Origin: an uncultured Bacillota bacterium
GTDB lineage: Bacteria > Bacillota_I > Bacilli_A > RF39 > UBA660
Assembly (NCBI GenBank): GCA_945867665.1
Contig: CAMBIR010000005.1
Coordinates: 8,659-72,658 of the forward strand
DNA length: 64,000 bases
Direction of reading: 5' to 3'
Shown: positions 9,584 to 18,388 of the stretch, piece after piece
How the letters are laid out: each line of letters begins with the position of its first letter
Position numbering within the stretch: the stretch's first letter is position 1
Made by a program: the position numbers and the translations under genes
The notes under the pieces: model-generated
The model's database searches: none
What the model was told of the DNA's origin: nothing
The model's input: only the letters and a program-made list of their open reading frames with translations

Positions 9584-11826
9584 TTTTGTATCTCCTCTCT
9601 TACTTTTTTGATTAAATTCTCTACTTCATTATAATCTTCATCAAAAAGTTCTATTCTAAAATTTTTAATTCCGTAAGAAATATAATTTGAAATATTAGGA
9701 ATTTTGTTGGTTATATTCTTGTGTAAAATATGAGTAATACAGTTTTCTCTTAGCATGGGGTAACGATTTTTTTCTTTATCTTCTAAGTAGAATTTATCTT
9801 TACTATCTTTACAATTTTTACAGTAATTTAGACATTTTTTTAAAGGGCAATATTTCATGACCATGAGTTCTAATCTGCCATAGATAATTAATTCGGCTGG
9901 ATAGTTTGTTTTCATGATATTTTTTATTTGATTATCTGTTAGTTCAACAGATAGTGTTACTTTTTTAACATTATTTTTGGTTAATAATTCGATTGAGTTA
10001 TGATTGGTAATGTTCAGAGTATAGTCACTAATTAAATGATTATTCTTTTGATAATGATTTAGACCGCCAATTTCCGTGATAAGTAGATTCTCATTTTCTA
10101 AATTGGGATGAGTATTTATTATTCTTGGTAGGCGATAATAAATGTTGTTGTAATCTTTATAAGTATTGTATAGGTTATAGTCCGTGGTATAGATTGTGTC
10201 TATTTGATTTTCTAGGGCACATTTTAACTGGGTTTCATTTCTGGTTAAAATACTGATATTTATTTTATCTTGGGATGGATATTTATCTAGGGTTGTGGAT
10301 TGTTTCTTAGTATAAGAAGGAGAAGAAATTTGATGGGGATGAATTCTTTTACTTGTTAATTCTTGGACTGCTTTTCTTCTTAATTCATTGATTGATTTAA
10401 TATTGATAAAAAGATTGGTATCTATATTTACTTCTATGAATGATGCTTTATAAGGAGTATTGCCTAGTTTGTTTAATTGGTGTTCTACTTCTTCTTGAGT
10501 GGTACTTCTATTTATTGCTAGTTCTGGGATATTTCCTAGTACTTCTACTTTATTTTGATTATCTTTGATTGTAATAGACATTTGTTTATTTTTTCTTGCT
10601 TCAAAATAGATATCTATGGGTATTTTTTTCTCCGTTACTTGTTCTAGAGATTTGGTTAATTTAAAGTCTGTTGTTTTTAAGATTATATCTTCTCCATGAA
10701 TATGTTTGGTATTCTCTACATAGGCAATATGAGGAGATGAGATACTGTTTTTTAAAAGACTTTTATCATCATAAAGACGATTAATGATCATTCCTGTGTT
10801 ATTATTTTGAAATCTTATTCCATCTCCTTGATTTAGGGAATCATTGGTAACTTTAATTTTTATTTTATCTTTAGTAGTACAAAGAACTTTACCTACTGGA
10901 ATTCCTTGATGATTAGGGGTTTTGATATTCATAATATCTGACTCATGAAAAAGATATCCTTTGGTAAATTCACGATTGTATAGTTTTTTTAAGTTGATTT
11001 GTTCTTCCTTAGTTAGGGTTAATGGTTCATTATTGTAATATTTATCAATTAGGGTTCGATATAATCTAGTGACATAGCCAACATAAGATGGAGATTTCAT
11101 TCTTCCTTCTATTTTTAAACTGTCAATATTAGCGTCTAATAGTTCTTTTAAGTTAGGGAATGTATTTAGTTCTTTGGTACTTAAAAGGTACTGACCATCT
11201 GTTTTTACGACTTCATTATTCTTTATTAATTGGTAAGGCAAACGGCAACTTCCAACACATTCTCCCCGATTACCACTTCTACCTCCATTTAGGCTACTGA
11301 AAAGACAACAGCCAGAATAACATACACATAAGGCACCATAAACAAATACTTCTTTTTCGATAGGAATATCAATTTTCTGGATTTCTTCTAGGGACATCTC
11401 TCTTGCTAAAACGACTCTTTTTAATCCTAATTTTTGAAAGAAAGAAGCTGCTTCTTTGTTATTGGTATGACATTGGGTAGAGGCATGGAGTTCTAGATTA
11501 GGATAATATTCTCTTACTTTTTTGATTAAACCGATATCTTGGATGATAAGGGCATCTACTTGGTTTTGATATAAAAAACCAATATATTCTAAAATAGAAT
11601 CTAATTCTTCTTCATAGGTTAAGGTATTTACGGTTACATAGACTTTTACTCCATAAGTATGCGCATAATTGATGGCATTCATTAATTCTTCATTGGTAAA
11701 GTTACTTGCAAATTTTCTAGCTCCATAATTTTTTCCTGATAAATATACGGCATCCGCTCCATTATGGATGGCATAATATAACATCTCTTTATTTCCTACT
11801 GGACTTAATAATTCAACTTTTTTCAT
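9571..11826 (-). CDS. Peptidase U32 family protein (long form, with Cys-rich Fe-S-type motif)
   Basis: N-terminus ELLSPVGNKEMLYYAIHNGADAVYLSG...VKVYVTVNTL matches the U32 core. Cys cluster CVCYSGCC...ECVGSC is present. The start overlaps the downstream hemolysin III gene by 13 nt. Confidence 0.85.
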   Translation of the reverse strand: MKKVELLSPVGNKEMLYYAIHNGADAVYLSGKNYGARKFASNFTNEELMNAINYAHTYGVKVYVTVNTLTYEEELDSILEYIGFLYQNQVDALIIQDIGLIKKVREYYPNLELHASTQCHTNNKEAASFFQKLGLKRVVLAREMSLEEIQKIDIPIEKEVFVYGALCVCYSGCCLFSSLNGGRSGNRGECVGSCRLPYQLIKNNEVVKTDGQYLLSTKELNTFPNLKELLDANIDSLKIEGRMKSPSYVGYVTRLYRTLIDKYYNNEPLTLTKEEQINLKKLYNREFTKGYLFHESDIMNIKTPNHQGIPVGKVLCTTKDKIKIKVTNDSLNQGDGIRFQNNNTGMIINRLYDDKSLLKNSISSPHIAYVENTKHIHGEDIILKTTDFKLTKSLEQVTEKKIPIDIYFEARKNKQMSITIKDNQNKVEVLGNIPELAINRSTTQEEVEHQLNKLGNTPYKASFIEVNIDTNLFINIKSINELRRKAVQELTSKRIHPHQISSPSYTKKQSTTLDKYPSQDKINISILTRNETQLKCALENQIDTIYTTDYNLYNTYKDYNNIYYRLPRIINTHPNLENENLLITEIGGLNHYQKNNHLISDYTLNITNHNSIELLTKNNVKKVTLSVELTDNQIKNIMKTNYPAELIIYGRLELMVMKYCPLKKCLNYCKNCKDSKDKFYLEDKEKNRYPMLRENCITHILHKNITNKIPNISNYISYGIKNFRIELFDEDYNEVENLIKKVREEIQKCER

Positions 11827-11868
11827 GATATCACTTCCAAACTACTAATATCATAACACATATTTAAT

Positions 11869-11908
11869 AAAAATACTGATAAAGATTAAAGGTCTATATC
11901 AGTATTTT
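11869..11908 (-). terminator. Intrinsic terminator hairpin, AAAATACTGATA…TATCAGTATTT stem family
   Basis: 11-bp perfect stem with 13-nt loop, flanked by A-run and T-run. Lies 3' of the minus-strand gene ending at 11907. Confidence 0.6.
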
Positions 11909-13739
11909 ACTTGTGATAAGTATTAGTATCTATATTAAATTTATCAGAAATTCCTGGTAACTCTATTTTATTTCCATATTCATCTATTTTTTCTCTTTTA
12001 GGGAATTGGATATGTTGTCGATGATTGTTTATCTCTATGGTTTCTTGTAATTTATTTTGGAATTCTTCTCCTTCTAAGTGATATAATTTTTGATAAACTT
12101 CACTTACTGCCGACATAATCGTTTGTCCTGATACTGGTTTATTGACTTTGGTTAAAAGATACTCTCCTATTTCATAAAGAATTTCTTTTTCATTAGGCCA
12201 ATTCATAAAACTTTTTTCCATTTCAGGGTAATGTTTTTTTAAAGTTTCAATAAACTCAGGAGATAGTTTTTTTAAGTGTTCAACTAAATCTATTAAAATA
12301 TCTTTTAAAGTACTCTTAGAATTTCTATCTAGATAAAAGTTTACTTTTTGGTAGAATTCTTCTAATGAGTTAATGTTTAATAATTCTAAGGAAGAATTAT
12401 TAATGGAAGAATTAATAAAATTATATCTTCTACTATTTGTTTCTTCTTCTGCGGTTAATAATAGGTGATTGTATAAGTCATTTTTTAAATCATTATCCCA
12501 AGTAGGATCGGTTATATAAAAACCGTCTATTCCATATTTAGGATCTTTAATATATACATACTCCCTCGCATGGCTATCATGCTTTGATACTACTGTTTCG
12601 TTTTCATTAAACCTATCATAAGAAGTATCTACACCAACATTTCTATGGATATTTTTAATTCCTGATTTATTTAGTAAGTCTTCTAGCATATTGGCATATC
12701 CTACACATACCATATATTCATTTTCTAAAATAGCATATAGATTTCTGGATGCAAATTTATCGATTTGATTTTCTTTATATTGTTTATATTGCTTGACTAC
12801 ATTATAAGCAGAAATATATCTTTCAAATGGGGTTAAATTTTGAGTTTCTTCTATCATTTGATATAACATTTTTTCGAAGCGAAGATATTCTTTTACAGAA
12901 ACAATACTTTGACCTAGTTGGATATCTATATTTTCATTTAAATAATGGTTATTGGATAAAATATTATTGGTTACAAATTCTTTATTTTTAACATTTATCA
13001 TTACATGGTTTTCTTTCCCTAATTCATGTAGTCTTTCAGATATTAAAACGGCATCTTTCATATTTTCTTCTTCAATTACGATTTTAGTAGTACTATTAGG
13101 TAAGTATTTTAAATTTTCTAGGTCCTCTTTGGTGATTTTATTTCTTAAGGAGATGGATGAACTAGATAAAGCAGCATATGAATTACTCCCAACTAAATTA
13201 CGGTCATAATTATAATAAATTAGGGAATCGAAATTATTTTTTAGTTCATCTGAAACACCAGAGGTTCTTACTTTTTTTAATTTCGATTGTTTTAAGATAT
13301 TATAATCTTCTTTTGTTAAGATATATTTGGTTTCATCATACATTGCTAGCGTAATTTCTTCTAGATTCTTATTGTGAGTTATAGCTTCTATGATTTTTTT
13401 GGTGATTAAAGCTTGAGATTGAATGTCCAATTTCTTTTTTAAATTATTTTTAATTATTTCTGATAAAATTTTTTCTACTTCTTCTTGGTTCTTTAAATAA
13501 TAGTCTGGGTTTATATATAAAGTCTTACCTGAGTTTAAAAAATCAGTACCAATTAGAAATGGTTTATCTATTGTTGTATAAATTTTTTTCTCTATGCTTG
13601 ATGAGGGTAATTTTTCTATTTCTTCTTTCTTTAAACAGAGTGATGAAATATCAAGTTTATCTAAATTTGTTAATATTTCATTTGGGGATAGGGATTGATA
13701 CTTATCTGTTTGTTCATATAAATTCTTTATGTATTCCAT
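11907..13739 (-). CDS. Hypothetical cytoplasmic protein with transglutaminase-like (Cys-His-Asp) core
   Basis: 610 aa, no signal peptide. Segment YMVCVGYANMLEDLL followed by SHAREYVY and ITDPTWDN resembles the transglutaminase-like cysteine protease catalytic triad arrangement. Confidence 0.4.
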   Translation of the reverse strand: MEYIKNLYEQTDKYQSLSPNEILTNLDKLDISSLCLKKEEIEKLPSSSIEKKIYTTIDKPFLIGTDFLNSGKTLYINPDYYLKNQEEVEKILSEIIKNNLKKKLDIQSQALITKKIIEAITHNKNLEEITLAMYDETKYILTKEDYNILKQSKLKKVRTSGVSDELKNNFDSLIYYNYDRNLVGSNSYAALSSSSISLRNKITKEDLENLKYLPNSTTKIVIEEENMKDAVLISERLHELGKENHVMINVKNKEFVTNNILSNNHYLNENIDIQLGQSIVSVKEYLRFEKMLYQMIEETQNLTPFERYISAYNVVKQYKQYKENQIDKFASRNLYAILENEYMVCVGYANMLEDLLNKSGIKNIHRNVGVDTSYDRFNENETVVSKHDSHAREYVYIKDPKYGIDGFYITDPTWDNDLKNDLYNHLLLTAEEETNSRRYNFINSSINNSSLELLNINSLEEFYQKVNFYLDRNSKSTLKDILIDLVEHLKKLSPEFIETLKKHYPEMEKSFMNWPNEKEILYEIGEYLLTKVNKPVSGQTIMSAVSEVYQKLYHLEGEEFQNKLQETIEINNHRQHIQFPKREKIDEYGNKIELPGISDKFNIDTNTYHK

Positions 13740-13829
13740 ATAACGCCTCCTACTTCAATTTAATCATAACAAATATTTTATTTTAAATCTATAAAATAGG
13801 CTTACTTTGTTTTATTTTATTATTAATGT

Positions 13830-13870
13830 AAAATACTGATAAAGATTTTTCTTCTCTATCAGTATTTTTT
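13830..13870 (-). terminator. Intrinsic terminator hairpin, same AAAATACTGATA…TATCAGTATTTTTT stem family
   Basis: Perfect 12-bp stem with T6 tail, located 3' of htrA-like gene (minus) and 5' of the 610-aa gene. Confidence 0.6.
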
Positions 13871-13877
13871 CTAAAAA

Positions 13878-15137
13878 TTATTCGTTTTTTCCTAAAGTAA
13901 GTTTAGTTTTTTGTTCTTTTCCATCTCTTATATAAGTTACTTCAACGGAATCATTTGGAGAATGTTTGTATAATTCGTATCTAAATTCTGCTAATGATTT
14001 GGTATCTTTTCCAGCTAATTTTGTTATGATGTCACCTTTCTTTATTCCCGCTTTATCTGCTGGGGAATTACTTTCTACTTTAACAACGGCAACACCATTA
14101 TTAACATTTTCGGGAACCATAATTCCTGATTGCCATAAGTAATAACTGTTACTTAAATCTAACATCGATATTCCAATGTATGGTCTTGATACTTTTCCAT
14201 CTTTTTCTAGGACTTCTGCTACTTTTAAGGCATCTTCAATTGGAATTGCAAATCCCATTCCTTCAACAGTGTCATCAACTAATTTCATATTAGTAATACC
14301 AATGACTTCTCCATTTGTATTGCATATAGGGCCGCCACTGTTTCCTGGATTAATAGCAGCATCTGTTTGTAAAACTTGCATGTAATAATCTGAAGTTTGT
14401 GAATTACTTAGAGCAACTTCGACTAGTCTATCTTTTGCACTTAATATTCCTTTTGTAACTGTTCCAGCATAATCTGATCCTTCTGGAGAACCTACAGTAA
14501 AGACAGTATCTCCTACTGTGGATTTATCAGATGCTCCTGTTGTTGCAGCGACAATTTTATCAGAGTCTTTTACACTTAAAACGGCAATATCTGAATAAGT
14601 ATCACTTCCTACGGTTGTTGCTTCTAATTCATCACCATTTTGGAATAATACTTTTACTGTTTTTCCTCCTGATATAACATGGTTATTAGTCATTAAGTAA
14701 GCTTTCCCATTTGCTTTTTTGTAAACAAAGCCTGTTCCAGTGGACGCTAGTTGATTATTATTATATACTTCAACAACTACTACTGCATCATAGACTTTAG
14801 ATACGGCATCCGCAATACTATTAGTTTCGGTTAATTTTGCGGTTGATGTAGTTATTCCGTTAGTTGTCGTTGTAGTATTTTGTCTTGTCGATATCATTAA
14901 ATAAGCACCTAATCCTCCACTAATTAGGGATAAAACAATACATAAGATAATGACAACAGGTATACTTACTTGATTATTATTTTTTATATTTTGATGATTT
15001 TCTCTAGAATAAGATGAATAAGTATTTTCTTGTACATTATTACTCTTATTTGTTTCATTTGGTGTTACATCAATAATGATTTCTCTTTCATTTCGTAATT
15101 TTCTTGGTTTTATTCGCATAAACTCTCCTTCTTTCAT
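13878..15137 (-). CDS. htrA: HtrA/DegP-family serine protease (trypsin-like domain plus PDZ), membrane anchored
   Basis: N-terminal TM, catalytic motifs TNNHVI (His), DIAVL (Asp) and GNSGGP (Ser), and a C-terminal PDZ domain. Confidence 0.85.
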   Translation of the reverse strand: MKEGEFMRIKPRKLRNEREIIIDVTPNETNKSNNVQENTYSSYSRENHQNIKNNNQVSIPVVIILCIVLSLISGGLGAYLMISTRQNTTTTTNGITTSTAKLTETNSIADAVSKVYDAVVVVEVYNNNQLASTGTGFVYKKANGKAYLMTNNHVISGGKTVKVLFQNGDELEATTVGSDTYSDIAVLSVKDSDKIVAATTGASDKSTVGDTVFTVGSPEGSDYAGTVTKGILSAKDRLVEVALSNSQTSDYYMQVLQTDAAINPGNSGGPICNTNGEVIGITNMKLVDDTVEGMGFAIPIEDALKVAEVLEKDGKVSRPYIGISMLDLSNSYYLWQSGIMVPENVNNGVAVVKVESNSPADKAGIKKGDIITKLAGKDTKSLAEFRYELYKHSPNDSVEVTYIRDGKEQKTKLTLGKNE

Positions 15138-15188
15138 TTAAAATTATATGGAGTAATTGTGATTAAAATATCTAAGAATTATGTGATA

Positions 15189-15842
15189 TTAAGGGAAAAC
15201 TTTATATTTATTTAATAGTTTTGTTGTAATAAGTAAATAGATTATTGAGATAGAATATCCGGTTAAGACATCACTTAGGTAGTGAACTCCTAGATAAATT
15301 CGGCTTACTCCTATTAATATAATTATAGCAATATTTAGGGTAATTAACAAGATTTTTAAGTACTTATTTTTGACTAATCTTTTGGTAATATAGATAAGTA
15401 GACCATAAAAGGCAAGAGATGCCATTGCATGTCCGCTAGGAAAACTATACCCAGACATTTCGATTAGGCTATATCCAGTTGGTCTTTCTCTTCTAAAGAT
15501 AAATTTAAGGATTTGGTTAATTAAAGTTATTCCTGCTAAATTTAGGATAATTCCTAGAGATAATTTTTTATTTTTTATTAATTTTATACAAAAGAAGATA
15601 GAAATAATTGCGATTACGATCATGACTTCTGGATTACTTAATTTGGTTGCTAATTTCATGAATGTGGTTAATTTATCATTTCTTAATTTTTCTATGAATA
15701 AGTGATAAGCTAATTTATCTATATATAATTCTTTTCCCACAATTACTTTACTTGTAATTAATAGTATTATTAATAATAATGGAATCGATATATAGAGAAT
15801 ATATTTATTATTTTTTATTTTTGTTATAATTCTTTCTTTCAT
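15189..15842 (-). CDS. PAP2-family phosphatase (phosphatidylglycerophosphatase B / undecaprenyl-diphosphatase-like)
   Basis: PAP2 motifs KxxxxxxRP (RRERP), PSGH and SRxxxxxHxxxD (SRIYLGVHYLSD), with multiple TM segments. Confidence 0.8.
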   Translation of the reverse strand: MKERIITKIKNNKYILYISIPLLLIILLITSKVIVGKELYIDKLAYHLFIEKLRNDKLTTFMKLATKLSNPEVMIVIAIISIFFCIKLIKNKKLSLGIILNLAGITLINQILKFIFRRERPTGYSLIEMSGYSFPSGHAMASLAFYGLLIYITKRLVKNKYLKILLITLNIAIIILIGVSRIYLGVHYLSDVLTGYSISIIYLLITTKLLNKYKVFP

Positions 15843-15931
15843 CTTACACCTTACTTCCTATTTTAACATTATAGCACAACTTCCTCGTTTGAGAGTAGAT
15901 TTTTCTTTTTAAAAAGGTTAAGATTTTTTTC

Positions 15932-16726
15932 TTAACCTAAAGCAACATCTAATACCATCATTAGAACAAAGCCTGAAATAAGTCCTAATGTAGATAAGTT
16001 TTTATTTTCAGAAATAGATTCTGGTAATAGTTCACGAGCTGCAACTGTTATCATTGCTCCTGCTGCAAAAGATAGGAGAATGGGTAAGATACTTCTTACT
16101 GCTAAAACAAGTATAACACCAATTACTGCAGATATGGGTTCTACTAGAGCTGAAGCCTGACCGATAAAGAAACTTTTCTTTCTCGAAAATCCTTCTTTTC
16201 TAAGAGGAAGTGAGACTGCTGCTCCTTCGGGAAAATTTTGAATACCGATACCAATTGCTAGCATGATAGCCCCAATTAAAGTCATTCCTGATACACCACT
16301 AGAGATTCCTCCAAAGGCAACCCCAATGGACATTCCTTCTGGAATATTATGAAGAGTAATAGCAGATACTAATAAAATACTTCTTTTTAATGAATCTTTT
16401 TTTATACTATTTTTATCACTTAAAGTCTTGTCTAAGAATTTATCAGATAAGAGAACAAATAATCCTCCAAGTATAAATCCTAATGCTGGTAGTCCCCACG
16501 CTATATATCCTAATTCTTCTGATAATTCTATTGAAGGAAGCAATAAAGACCAGAAAGAGGCTGCTATCATTACCCCAGCACTAAAACCTAGTATGGTATT
16601 TAAGGCTTTTTTGTTTACTTCTTTGAAGAAACATACCATTAATGCTCCTAAAAGTGTTATTCCCCAAGTAAAAGTTGATGCAATTAATGCTTGTAAAATG
16701 GGATTTAAATCTCCAAACCAATTCAA
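15932..16726 (-). CDS. zupT: ZIP-family divalent metal transporter
   Basis: Conserved HNIPEG and NFPEG motifs, 8 TM topology, about 264 aa as in ZupT. Confidence 0.85.
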   Translation of the reverse strand: MNWFGDLNPILQALIASTFTWGITLLGALMVCFFKEVNKKALNTILGFSAGVMIAASFWSLLLPSIELSEELGYIAWGLPALGFILGGLFVLLSDKFLDKTLSDKNSIKKDSLKRSILLVSAITLHNIPEGMSIGVAFGGISSGVSGMTLIGAIMLAIGIGIQNFPEGAAVSLPLRKEGFSRKKSFFIGQASALVEPISAVIGVILVLAVRSILPILLSFAAGAMITVAARELLPESISENKNLSTLGLISGFVLMMVLDVALG

Positions 16727-16817
16727 TTTTATTCACCTCTATAGATATAGTATGAAAAAACTAAAAAGAAGTGCTTTTCTTGTGTTATAATGATATTAAT
16801 AAGAGGATGGAGGAGAA

Positions 16818-17054
16818 ATGAAAAAAAGAAGAAAAAATGGTTTTAGAAATTATCGTTTTATTTTCTTAGGAATTCTGCTTTTAAGTGTTGGTTTTTCTGC
16901 TTTTCAAAATAATTTATCGATTAATGATGCAAATGCTACAGTAAGAGTGGATAAAGATATTAGAATAATGGGGATTAGTATAGATAGTGTAAATGATGCG
17001 ACTAGTAGTTATGAGGAATATAATGTTCTAATGTTACTTCTAAAATTAATTTAG
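16818..17054 (+). CDS. N-terminal fragment (signal-anchor) of a secreted protein, probably the same gene as 17072..18325 interrupted by a frameshift
   Basis: Begins MKKRRKNGFRNYRFIFLGILLLSVGFSA (signal peptide). The frame closes at 17054, while the downstream ORF frame is open from 17024. See the finding at 16818..18325. Confidence 0.4.
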   Translation: MKKRRKNGFRNYRFIFLGILLLSVGFSAFQNNLSINDANATVRVDKDIRIMGISIDSVNDATSSYEEYNVLMLLLKLI

Positions 17055-17071
17055 ATAATAATAATTCTTAT

Positions 17072-18325
17072 GTGATATTTTTAGTAGATATTTATAATTT
17101 AGGAAATGTTTTAATGGGAATTAAAGATATTAGTATTAATTATGATAATTTAAAGGTAGAAATTCTTAACTATGATTTAAAATCTAGGTTATGTGATGAA
17201 AGTAATCAATGTACTTTAGGGATGGAAAAGAAGTTAGAGGTTAAAGTTTCTTACCAAGATGGTGGCTATCAATCTTCTGATACTTCTTATGATATTCGAC
17301 TAGATTTTCTTTTTGGAAGAATTTATTCTATTAGTTATTATGATATTGATGCTACTAATCTACCTCATGAAATAATGGAAGGAGAAGAAATAAATATTAC
17401 AATTCCTAATCATATTGATTATTTTTTAAATGTATTTATGAATAATAAGCGATTATCTAACGAAAGCGATTATCAATATAAAAATGATATTTTAATACTT
17501 CCTAATGTTAATGGAGATATTCGTCTTTATTTTAAGATGCCAATATGTCAAAGGGCAACTATCCTTCATACTGAAGAATGTAAGGGTAACTATTGCTCTG
17601 GTATGGGTTATAAAGTTGATGGTAGTATGGGAACTAAAACAATAACTTATGGTTCTTTGGGAACTGCAGGAAATTTGATATCAGGAGATGCTTTTGATTG
17701 TGATGTGAATGGTGACGGAAATTATGATGCAGAAACAGAAAGATTTTATTATGTTACTGATATGGAAAATAATAGTAATATAGCCGTTTTAATTTATTAT
17801 AATAATGTTAGTGGGGGAATGCCAAATAATGAGAAGTATTATCCATACGATAGTTCAAAAGAAAATTGGCATGGACCTAGAACTGCTATGGAACAACTTC
17901 CTACTACTAGTCAATGGAGTAATGTTAGTTTATTTAATACAGAAAGAAAATTAATTAATGAATATGGTACTACTAGTACAAAAGATGGTCATACCTTTCC
18001 TGAAGTACTTAGTTATTCTAAATATGCTGCACGTCTTTTGACTATTGCTGAAGTGAGAAAACTTGTTAATTTTTATATTCCAACTTGGAAAAATGGAGAA
18101 TTAGATAATCAGCTTTATCTTGTTGAAAATACTAATTTTTCAAAGAAAGATAATTCTAAATTTGATGGATACTGGTTAGAGACACCTAGAAATACGATGT
18201 CAAATTATAGTTGGATAATTTTTGCTACAACAAGACGTGTTCATAGTGTAGAAGTACAAAGAACTGATACTTTTGTTGGCGTTCGTCCAGTAATAGAAGT
18301 ATATAAAAGTGATATTGATTATTAA
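17072..18325 (+). CDS. Secreted hypothetical protein (C-terminal Cys-containing beta-rich domain with GYWLETP...GVRPV motif)
   Basis: 417-aa ORF. The C-terminal YWLETP....GVRPVIEV motif is reminiscent of a class of uncharacterised Firmicute secreted proteins. The reported GTG start is probably not real. Confidence 0.55.
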   Translation: MIFLVDIYNLGNVLMGIKDISINYDNLKVEILNYDLKSRLCDESNQCTLGMEKKLEVKVSYQDGGYQSSDTSYDIRLDFLFGRIYSISYYDIDATNLPHEIMEGEEINITIPNHIDYFLNVFMNNKRLSNESDYQYKNDILILPNVNGDIRLYFKMPICQRATILHTEECKGNYCSGMGYKVDGSMGTKTITYGSLGTAGNLISGDAFDCDVNGDGNYDAETERFYYVTDMENNSNIAVLIYYNNVSGGMPNNEKYYPYDSSKENWHGPRTAMEQLPTTSQWSNVSLFNTERKLINEYGTTSTKDGHTFPEVLSYSKYAARLLTIAEVRKLVNFYIPTWKNGELDNQLYLVENTNFSKKDNSKFDGYWLETPRNTMSNYSWIIFATTRRVHSVEVQRTDTFVGVRPVIEVYKSDIDY

Positions 18326-18332
18326 AATGAAA

Positions 18333-18388
18333 AAAATACTTATTTAGAAGTACTCTTAATTTAAGGATATTTCTTTTTAAGTATTTTA
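18333..18388. terminator. Bidirectional terminator between convergent genes (arms AAAAATACTTA / TAAGTATTTT)
   Basis: Imperfect long hairpin between the + strand gene ending at 18325 and the - strand ABC gene ending at 18386. Flanking A/T runs. Confidence 0.45.

Noticed and set aside
17022-17054. Programmed -1 ribosomal frameshift joining the two secreted-protein ORFs
   Set aside because: There is no X XXY YYZ slippery heptamer and no downstream pseudoknot/hairpin. A simple 1-nt indel in the A4 run explains the shift.
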